DNA of 64,000 nucleotides, taken from Eledone cirrhosa. Lineage: Eukaryota. Shown one piece after another: positions 39,304 to 49,903 of this stretch; the stretch's first letter is position 1; every line of letters begins with the position of its first letter. Made by a program: the position numbers and the translations under genes. The stretch is taken from the NCBI GenBank assembly GCA_964016885.1, contig OZ024765.1, positions 21,080,001 through 21,144,000 of the forward strand, in the 5' to 3' direction. Below the pieces are notes generated by a model. That model searched no databases. It had not been told where the DNA came from and worked only from the letters and a program-made list of their open reading frames with translations.

Positions 39304-40648
39304 ACTCTATATATACTATTGTATTTTCACAGTAATGGCTTTACCTCACATAATTATCTCACATAACATTTACATTACTCTATATATACTATTGTATTTT
39401 CACAGTAAAGGCTTTACCTCACATAATATCTCACATAACATTTACATTACTCTATATATACTATTGTATTTTCACAGTAAAGGCTTTACCTCACATAATT
39501 ATCTCACACAACATTTACATTACTCTATATATACTATTGTATTTTCACAGTAAAGGCTTTACCTCACATAATATCTCACATAACATTTACATTACTCTAT
39601 ATATACTATTGTATTTTCACAGTAAAGTCTTTACCTCACATAATATCTCACATAACATTTACATTACTCTATATATACTATTGTATTTTCACAGTAAAGT
39701 CTTTACCTCACATAATATCTCACAACATTTACATTACTCTATACATACTATTGTATTTTCACAATAAAGTCTTTACCTCACATAATATCTCACAACATTT
39801 ACATTACTCTATATATACTATTGTATTTTCACAGTAAAGGCTTTACCTCACATAATATCTCACATAACATTTACATTACTTTATATATACTATTGTATTT
39901 TCACAGTAAAGGCTTTACCTCACATAATATCTCACATAACATTTACATTACTCTATATATACTATTGTATTTTCACAGTAAAGGCTTTACCTCACATAAT
40001 ATCTCGCATAACATTTACATTACTCTATATATACTATTGTATTTTCACAGTAAAGGCTTTACCTCACATAATATCTCACATAACATTTACATTACTCTAT
40101 ATATACTATTGTATTTTCACAGTAAAGGCTTTACCTCACATAATATCTCACATAACATTTACATTACTCTATATATACTATTGTATTTTCACAGTAAAGG
40201 CTTTACCTCACATAATATCTCACATAACATTTACATTACTCTATATATACTATTGTATTTTCACAGTAAAGGCTTTACCTCACATAATATCTCACATAAC
40301 ATTTACATTACTCTATATATACTATTGTATTTTCACAGTAAAGGCTTTACCTCACATAATATCTCACATAATATTTACATTACTCTATATAACTATTGTA
40401 TTTTCACAGTAAAGGCTTTACCTCACATAATATCTCACATAACATTTACATTACTCTATATATACTATTGTATTTTCACAGTAAAGGCTTTACCTCACAT
40501 AATATCTCACATAACATTTACATTACTCTATATATACTATTGTATTTTCACAGTAAAGGCTTTACCTCACATAATATCTCACATAACATTTACATTACTC
40601 TATATATACTATTGTATTTTCATGGTAAAGGTTTTATCTCACATAATT
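39304..40648. repeat. 72-bp satellite, right block (~19 copies)
   Basis: Same unit as 32540-33683. Confidence 0.97.
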
Positions 40649-40854
40649 TTGAACTATGAGATTTTGATATTATTTATTTTGAGGACAATACCTTAACATC
40701 AGTATGAGTGGCCGGTTAGAGCCGGCTTGAACAGAAAGAGGTGAGGGAATTTTGGGCGGATACAGCCGGTTTAAATGCTAACATCACTACCTAGCTTCTG
40801 CAACGACAAAGGGAAATAACTGACGATCGTTTCTCACTTTTGGAAAATATATAT

Positions 40855-41811
40855 ACTAGACATGAAAAATGTGCAAGCTCAAAAGTGCCACAGAATGTTA
40901 TAATAAACCTTCAAAAGTGTGGGACTAGAGTTGTTGCTAAAAAATATTGTAATCATTATATATCGTACATTCTGTGGCATCCTTTATAAAAATAGCTTAA
41001 ACCAACGAAGCCTTTATTTTTACGCTATTTCACTTAGTTAATTCTTAGAGTGTAACATATAAAAATATGATTTACAACTATAAAATAAATTAATTAATAT
41101 AATAACAGAGCTGCGGAGCTGAAATTTAGGAAATAATGGAGTATCGGATCCTGAGTTGGAGCCAGTCAATTTTTAGCCGACTCCGCAGCCCTGTATAATA
41201 CATTTCATATTAAAGTTATTAATAAACCTATTTTACACTTCATGCAAATTACCATGAGATATTGATATTAGATATAAGATACAGCGCAATATCTACAGCT
41301 GTAAAAGTACGAAAGCGAAGTAATAATAAGTGGCTTAAGGTAATTCCAATATGAAAGTTTGTAGTGATAAAAATTTGATAATGCAATACGATTGTTAATA
41401 TTATAGTTCTATGAAAATGTAACAATAGATAACTAAATTATTTTACTATTAGTATATTTAAGAAATTATCATTATAGATTTGATCGTTCATATAAGCATC
41501 ATATTAATTTTCAACACAATTATTTTGTTACTATGAGTATATGATAATAATATTACGTAATTATTTATAGCTGTTATTACATTAAACATAGATGTATTTA
41601 TTTTTATATGTTACACTCTAAGAATTAACTAAGTGAAATAGCGTAAAAATAAAGGCTTCGTTGGTTTAAGCTATTTTTATAAAGGATGCCACAGAATGTA
41701 CGATATATAATGATTACAATATTTTTTAGCAACAACTCTAGTCCCACACTTTTGAAGGTTTATTATAACATTCTGTGGCACTTTTGAGCTTGCACATTTT
41801 TCATGTCTAGT
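40855..41811. repeat. Long inverted repeat: 213-bp arms (40855-41067, 41599-41811) around a ~530-bp spacer
   Basis: actagacatgaaaaatgtgcaagctc... / ...gagcttgcacatttttcatgtctagt; arms appear identical by eye. Confidence 0.9.
41106..41193. mobile_element. 88-bp hAT-like MITE
   Basis: TIRs cagagctgcggag / ctccgcagccctg; 8-bp TSD tataataa / tataatac. Confidence 0.65.
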
Positions 41812-42367
41812 TTAATATTTTTTTAAGGCAACGCTTGTAATAACTCTAGTTAAACAGGATATATATTAATAATAAATTATCGTTGTAATGTAATTAGATT
41901 ATGTAATTGTTATTATAAATTATCTTATAAATATTAGTGTAAGATGTATAAAAATATTTTCAGACTTTTAATATAAACAACTACAAAAAACAATCAATAT
42001 TAAATCAATATATTATACATAATAGAAGACATAAAATAAACAATACAAATACAAAATATTTACATACAATTGCAATTATCAGTGTATATACATTTTCTTT
42101 ATATTCCCTGAGCAAATTAATAAGATTTGTTTTTATTGTACATAATTTGATGACTTGTTGGTGTGTATTAAAAGATAGCAACAATTTGTGATTAAATTGT
42201 TATCTTAAGCAACTCACTTTTTAATAGTTGTTGGCTGAGCGAAATTGTAAAAGCCTATGAGCAAATATAAAAAAAAATACACAAACAACATTTCCTTGTG
42301 TTATTACAACATTAGATAAAATAATTGAGCAATGTCGTTATATTTTGCTCTTATTGCACATTAATAG

Positions 42368-42535
42368 TGTTTCTATTTTTCGGCACAAATCCATTACGGC
42401 GGTCCATTACTGGTACTTTATTTTGTCGAATTAGTAAGTATGAAAGTCGAAGTTAACCTCGGCAGGATTTGAACTTAGAATGCAAAGGACCATAACAATA
42501 CTGCAAAGCATGGTGTCTGACGCTCTACCAATACT
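42368..42535 (-). mobile_element. Old SINE family B copy
   Basis: tactggtactttattttgtcga...aacctcggcaggatttgaac...tgcaaagcatggtgtctga. Confidence 0.75.
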
Positions 42536-43037
42536 TGTGTTGAGCTGGTCATTAATTTATGGTGGTCGTGCGTGGAGTAGAGCAATCGCTAGTTGAAATA
42601 TTATGAACAAAACATTTTTATTTGCCGAAGAACATATTTTCAATACTGTTTGTGAATGTGACGAAGGAAATACATTCTGATATGGAACAGTGTACAAAGT
42701 GTGTCTGTGAATAACATAATGTTACCTCATGTTGTTGTCAAGACATAATGGATTTCGTTTATCCAGTTAGAAGATGAAACCTAGCCATCTCGGATTAGTT
42801 ATATTTCATGCCATGTGTAAACGTGTTTGAGGATAGCAAAATATGCGTGTTTCTTGTCTGGAAACTTTCTGCTAAACAAATTTGTTTCAGTATATATTTA
42901 ATATAATATTAATATATTTTGTAATATTATTAACTAATTATTATAATTAGCGCTTCAGGCTTTGTCTATATACTGAAACAAATTTGTAAGTCATTACCTA
43001 ATTAAACTCTTTGCTTGAAATTTTATCATTCTTCGTT

Positions 43038-43105
<68 letters not shown>

Positions 43106-44439
43106 TCTAGTCCTTCGCTCAAGATTAATCTATAAGTTTAGATGTCTGCCTTCGTTTAAGTAAATATTACAGTAAGATTTTTAATATAAACAACTACAAA
43201 AAACAATTAATATTAAAACGAAAAAATTATCAATGATAAAAGAAGCGGATGCAACTTTTTTTTTTATAAAGTTATATTCCTGTTTCTTTAAAGAACATTT
43301 CATTTTTGTTATATTGTAGACGAAATAATGCAATGGTTTAATAGGGAAGATATAACTTACCAATTATGTCTCTAACCGTGTAACGCTTTTTAAGTAGATA
43401 ACTACAATTGAAAATACTAAAGAAATGGAACCAACAATTCAATTTGAAAGTCGTCTACTTATAGTGACAGTGTATTACTGGTACTTTATTTTATCGACCC
43501 CGTAACGATGAAATGCAAATGCTTAAAATTTAAATTGCCTTAATTCTATCGTCTGCTGTTTCATTAAAGGGAGATTCTCGTCTGTATTTAATTCTATCGT
43601 CTACTGTTCCACTAAACAGATATACCTCCACTATCGTCTCGATTTATACATTTTAACTTATAACTTATACACATTTGATTTGAAATATTTTATCTAGTCC
43701 CCCCTCTCAATATTATGATGATTTCTTTCGAATGAAACAGTTCTAGTCCTGTAGAAGCCGTTTATATATATAATTGAACTGAGTTAAAAATTCACAATAT
43801 TTATAATTAAATAAGCTCATATATATATGTGTGTATTTATCTGTTTATTGTATTATATATAATGTGTGTATATACAGGATGTCCCCCAAAAATATATACA
43901 CACTTCAACAGCATTCTAATAACTATTGCCTGTACAGGTAATCAAAGTGTCAATCGAATGTTAGTTTCGTGTTTTAACAGTACAAATTTACAATACACAC
44001 ATAACACACATAAAACCAGTGTATATACATACATGAGTGTGTATACACATACATGAATGTGTATATACAATATATATGTATATATATATAGACACAGATA
44101 TTCACGGTGCAACGGAACATTAAAATATAGATGCGGGAGGGGGGGTGTATATATAGGGGCGCTGGGGATAAAGGAGTGTAAAGCGTGTGTAATTGATGTA
44201 TTGAAGGAGAGGAGCGTGCAGCGATAGAGTAACAAATATATAGAGAGGGGGAGAGATGGTATTGAAGGGGAGGAGTGCAAAGCGAAAGAGTAAGAGAGAT
44301 ATATATATAAAGACGGAACAGATAGAGAGAAACAGGCGTAAGTAACAGTGGAAGAGATATATAGAGAGGGGGAAATGTGTTATTGAAGGGGAGGAGTGTA
44401 AAGCGAAAGCGTAAGATATATATAGAGAGAGGGGGAATA

Positions 44440-44481
<42 letters not shown>

Positions 44482-44665
44482 ACACTTACTCTGATTGGTT
44501 GAAAATTAGCCAATGACATACGATCACCACCACCACGGCTATCCCCGAAAAATTTATGAAGAAGCTAGGCATATATGTTAGAACACGAAAAGTGAACATT
44601 TTTGTTTAAGCTGGATAAATAATATATTCATATATTTACTTCCATAAACATGAATCTTACCTCTG

Positions 44666-44703
<38 letters not shown>

Positions 44704-45113
44704 TATATACCTCTCTCTCTATATATATATATTTATATACCTCTCTCTCTCTCTATATATATATATTTATATACCTCTCTCTCTCTCTATATATATATAT
44801 TTATATACCTCTCTCTCTCTCTCTATATATATATTTATATACCTCTCTCTCTCCATATATATATATTTATATACCTCTCTCTCTCTCTATATATATATAT
44901 ATATTTATATGTATATATATGTTGGTTTTGCCAAGATTAAGTGACATTGTCACTACTTTAAAACTCATAGCTTATGATCTTCAAAATGTTTTTAATTAAA
45001 CATACAGTATATTGCCAAATATACTGTACATACATTCATATATATACACATATATATATATATATATAATAAAATATAGAGAAAAATACTGCAGGTAGCA
45101 CATGGATAACATG

Positions 45114-45213
45114 TAATAAAATGAGTCCCTCATCAGTGATTTGCCGACGATCATAGATATTTCATTGCGAAATATCTATGATCGTCGGCAAATCACTGAT
45201 GAGGGACTCATTT

Positions 45214-45218
<5 letters not shown>
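45114..45218. repeat. Perfect fold-back palindrome carrying CTGATGA and GAAA hammerhead half-motifs
   Basis: taataaaatgagtccctcatcagtgatttgccgacgatcatagatatttc / gaaatatctatgatcgtcggcaaatcactgatgagggactcattttatta. Confidence 0.85.
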
Positions 45219-45253
<35 letters not shown>

Positions 45254-45255
<2 letters not shown>

Positions 45256-45741
45256 TCATCATCACTGTTTTACGTCCGTTCTTCCACGCTAGCATGGGTT
45301 AGACGGGTTGTCCTGCTGTGGGTAGTGTCCGGTCGGCTGACCATGCCTTGCTCATACAGGAACTGATTTGGCTTGACTTCTACAGCTGGATGCCCTTCCT
45401 AACACCAACCTCATTTACAGTGAGTGCTGGGTGCTTTTTCCGTGGCACCTACACGACCACTTTACAGTGTGGGCTGGGTGCTTTTTTGCCGTGGCACCTC
45501 CACGACCACCTTGCAGTGGGGGGAGTGGGGGCATATTGTTTATATGCTTCAGCTTGTACCCATGGGAGGTCGGGTACTCTGGATTACTGTGTGACGCCAG
45601 AGGTCACGGTCGTGTGTCATCGCCTTTGAGAGGTGTAATTGGGTAAGGTCGGCTTTTATCACCTCATCCCAGGTCTTCTTGGGTCTCCCCACTCCGCGGT
45701 TTCCATCAACTTCTAGTACTCTGCACCTTTTTATGCAGCTG

Positions 45742-45745
<4 letters not shown>
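45254..45745 (-). mobile_element. RTE 3' fragment (long-tail variant)
   Basis: Near-identical reverse complement of ~48957-49451. Confidence 0.9.
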
Positions 45746-45784
<39 letters not shown>

Positions 45785-45830
45785 AATATGCCTAACTGTA
45801 CCAAGGATTTCACGCATTTATATATAGTAA

Positions 45831-45862
<32 letters not shown>

Positions 45863-46051
45863 GAATATATATATATGTATATATATATATGTATATATAT
45901 GTATATATGTAAATGTATATATATATGTATATGTATATATATATATGTGTGTATATATATATATATGCATATATATATATATATATGTATGTATATATGC
46001 ATATATATATATATATATGTATGTATATATGTATATATATGTATATATATG

Positions 46052-46126
<75 letters not shown>

Positions 46127-46243
46127 GCATATATATATAAAATTTCAGGTTATCAATAATGTAGTGATAATATATCGTTACGTTAGAGATAAACAGCGTA
46201 CGTGTAGGTTTGCTCAACGAGTATAAATTATATTCCGGAGAAA

Positions 46244-47161
46244 ATGTAGAAAGGATGAATATAAAATGAAAGTGCTTTTGTTAAAAAAGGAATTTATTAG
46301 GTATTGACATATGTTTCTGTAACAGACCGAATACCTATGTATCGCTGCTTGCGTAATCATATAATGTTAGCAAGTATTCGATAGCAAATGTATAATCAGT
46401 TGTCACTTCTTCAGAGATTTTGGATAAACTGGATAAAATCAAAAAAATTGAAGTATTTATATTAGTAAAAGAGAAAGGAACAGAGGGGATAGTATATGAC
46501 AGATGGTAAAATAATTTACTGCTAAACAAGTATATAATGGGTTTCTAATGAGAATACCATGAGTAAATCTAAATAAGAATTTTGGGAGTACCAATTTTAA
46601 TCTCTACTTGACCAACTGGACAGTGGACAGGGCTGGTCATTTGGTGCAGTAGTATTAATTATAAAGTGTCAATTGGGGAAGGGGGAGATTTCGATTGCTA
46701 CTAAATAACATCAATGCTAGTAGCCAGCTGGTATATGCATTAGGGAATTGAATCAAGAAATCAGAAATCTCATTTTATCTATAGCAGTTTGTATTAAAAG
46801 GTAAATAATAGAAGAGTTGATAGAATTAAGACTAATAAAGAATGTTCATATCTATTTTGACACTCAAACGGGGATAGAGACAGGCGTTCAATCCTGGTAG
46901 TATTTATAATATGAAAATGTAGATTTTAAGCGATGGTTACTAATATAAATACTTCAATTTTTCTGATTTTATCCAGTTTATCCAAAATCTCTGAAGAAGT
47001 GACAACTGATTATACATTTGCTATCGAATACTTGCTAACATTATATGATTACGCAAGCAGCGATACATAGGTATTCGGTCTGTTACAGAAACATATGTCA
47101 ATACCTAATAAATTCCTTTTTTAACAAAAGCACTTTCATTTTATATTCATCCTTTCTGCAT
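46244..47161. repeat. Inverted repeat, ~225-bp arms (46244-46468, 46937-47161), within (TA)n
   Basis: Arms match by eye; right arm contains CTGAAGA...cGAA hammerhead-like relic at ~46991. Confidence 0.85.
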
Positions 47162-47224
47162 ATATATATATATATATATGTATGTATATATGTATATATA
47201 TGTATGTATATATGTATATATATA

Positions 47225-47513
47225 TGTTGGTACCACAACATCCAGTCCGAAACAAATGAGGTCGTGTAGGTGTCACGACAAAAAAACACACAGTCCACGC
47301 TGTAATGTGGCTGTGTAGGTAACACGGTAAAAACCTCCCAGTCCACACTGTAAACGTGGTTGGTGTTAGGAAGGGCATCCAGCCGTAGAAAACCCGCCAG
47401 ACAGTCCTATGCGAGCAAGACAACCACTCTTGCCTCAAGTGGGAAAACTCCCGTCCAAACCCATGCAAGCGTGGAAGATGGACGTTAAACGATGATGATG
47501 ATGATGATGATGA

Positions 47514-47517
<4 letters not shown>
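47225..47517 (+). mobile_element. RTE subfamily-2 3' UTR fragment
   Basis: Matches ~30673-30958. Confidence 0.9.
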
Positions 47518-47551
<34 letters not shown>

Positions 47552-47770
47552 GGAAGGTATATATATATATATATATAGTTAAAACTGGGATGGGAACAAA
47601 CAGAGAGGCAGTACAAACAAAGGTTTATTAGTTTCATTCTCTTGAGAGTGGGGGGTGGGTGGAGAACGACGTTTCGGGCATATATATACACATCATCATC
47701 ATCATCATCGTTTTACGTCCGTTCTTCCATAATAGCATGGGTTAGATGGGTTGTCCTATTGTGGGCAGTT

Positions 47771-49451
47771 ATAGCACAGTTGATTAGGGACCGGCTGAAA
47801 CTAGATGAGATGCAATTTGGGTTTGTACCAGGAAGAGGCACCACTGATGCCCTCTTCCTTGTGAGGCAGTTACAGGAAAAGTACCTAGCTAAAAGTAAGC
47901 CACTCTACCTGGCATTCGTCGATCTCGAGAAAGCCTTTGACAGAGTTCCACGTGCTGTAATCTGGTGGGTTCTTAGAAAACTAGGAGTAGATGAATGGCT
48001 TGTGAAAGCGGTACAAGCCATGTATAGGGGAGCAGTCAGCAAAGTTAGGATTAGCGATGAGTATAGCGAGGAATTTAGCGTACAGGTTGGTGTCCACCAG
48101 GGCTCTGTTCTTAGCCCTCTCCTGTTCATCATAGTCCTGCAGGCAATAACGGAGGAGTTTAAGAACGGATGCCCATGGGAACTCCTGTATGCTGATGACC
48201 TCGCACTTATAGCTGAATCTATGGTAGAACTAGAGAAGAAATTCCAAACTTGGAAGCAGGGACTAGAAAGAAAGGGTCTCAAAGTCAACATGACAAAGAC
48301 TAAGGTCCTTGTAAGTAGACGAGAAAACAGAACCCAGATCCCCTCAGGGAAATGGCCTTGCTCAGTATGTAGGAAAGGTGTAGCTAGGAACGCCATTCTC
48401 TGCCCCAAATGCAAACAATGGGTACACAAGAGATGTAGCGGGATCTCAGGAAGCTTAATTAAGAATGTAGGCTTCACATGTAGCAGCTGTGCTGGGACAG
48501 CAAGCAGCAAACAGCCACAGGAAACAAGTACCACCAAACTCTGGGAAGGCTCTGTAGAAACAGTAGACAGCTTCTGCTACCTAGGTGACCAAATTAGCAG
48601 TGGAGGTGGGTGTTCGAAAAATACAATAACTAGGGTAAGAACGGGATGGAAGAAGTTCAGGGAACTTCTGCCACTGCTAGCTGCAAAAGGCTTCTCCCTC
48701 AAAATGAAAGGCAGACTGTATGATGCGTGTATCCGAACAGCAATGTTGCATGGTAGTGAGACCTGGGCGCTGAAGGTGGAAGACTTGCATAGATTAGAGA
48801 GAAACGAAGCCTGCATGCTCCGATGGATGTGTAATAGTAATATATGCGAATGGCAAAGCATAAATGAATTGAGAGAGAGACTGAGCATAAGAGGAATCAA
48901 ATGCTGTGTGCAGGAGAGGCGGTTGCATTGGTACGGACATGTGATGCGTATGAAGGATGACAGCTGCATAAAAAGGTGCAGAGTACTAGAAGTCAATGGA
49001 AACCACGGAGTGGGGAGACCCGAGAAGACCTGGGATGAGGTGATAAAAGCCGACCTTACCCAATTACACCTCTCAAAGGCAATGACACACGACCGTGACC
49101 TCTGGCGTCACGCAGTAATACAGAGTACCCGACCTCCCATGGGTACAAGCTGAAGCAAATAGATAATATGCCCCACACCCTCCCACTGCAAGGTGGTCGT
49201 GGAGGTGCCACGGCAAAAAAGCACCCAGCCCACACTGTAAAGTGGACGTGTAGGCGCCACGGAAAAAGCACCCAGCACTCACTGTAAATGAGGTTGGTGT
49301 TAGGAAGGGCATCCAGCTGTAGAAGTCAAGCCAAATCAGTTCCTGTATGAGCAAGGCATGGTCAGCCGACCAGACACTGCCCACAACAGAACAACCCGTC
49401 TAACCCATGCTAGCGTGGAAGAACGGACGTAAAACGGTGATGATGATGATG
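47771..49451 (+). mobile_element. 5'-truncated RTE-clade LINE; RT frame open to 49153, with inserted PHD-like finger
   Basis: QFGF.PGRGTTDA, DLEKAFDRVPR, GVHQGSVLSPLLF, YADD, F.YLG, RRLHWYGHVMR, GRP..TW; 3' UTR with (GAT)n tail. Confidence 0.95.
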
Positions 49452-49483
<32 letters not shown>

Positions 49484-49590
49484 TATATATGTATACGTAT
49501 ATAATGTGCATTGAATTTCTAAACAATCAATATATATGTATATACATATATATATATGTGTGTGTGTGTGCGTGTGCGCAGACATATATA

Positions 49591-49903
49591 TATTAGGTTG
49601 TTCAGAAATTCAATGCATATTTTATATCATATATATTATCCTTACCTTCCAACATATCACCTAATACATTCTAACCTTTATTTTCCTCTATTTTCTTCTT
49701 TTTTACACGGTGTAATCCATTTCTATTAGAAACTGTATTTCTTCTTATGAATTTTTAAATCATTCAAACCACAAAAATCTAGTTATTTCAATGAATTTAA
49801 ATACAGCTACAGGACTGCACAAAGTACTGGCAATATTTATACGGTTTGGGGAGGACTAAATGAGTTTTAATGAATATACAGTGAAAATTGGGTTTCAAAA
49901 CTT
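49591..49903 (+). mobile_element. Decayed mariner 5' end
   Basis: TIR tattaggttgttcagaaattcaatgca (inverted copy ~49506-49532); remnant YFNEFKYSYRTAQSTGNIYTVWG..NEYTVKIGFQNF resembles the mariner N-terminal HTH. Confidence 0.6.

Larger units (their letters stand above)
32528..40781. mobile_element. piggyBac-like MITE shell, inflated by a satellite and a LINE
   Basis: TTAA (32524-27) then ctctttagcattta; matching inverted taaatgctaa at 40772-40781 (terminal bases lost). Confidence 0.55.

Noticed and set aside
32556-40696. Repetitive ORFs in the 72-bp array (and in the 48-bp array at 50-53 kb)
   Set aside because: Unit lengths divisible by 3 make frames open by chance; broken by indels, no splice signals.
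47642-47770. N-terminal part of the 503-aa ORF
   Set aside because: Chance in-frame read-through of flank and inverted tail; RT homology starts near 47771.
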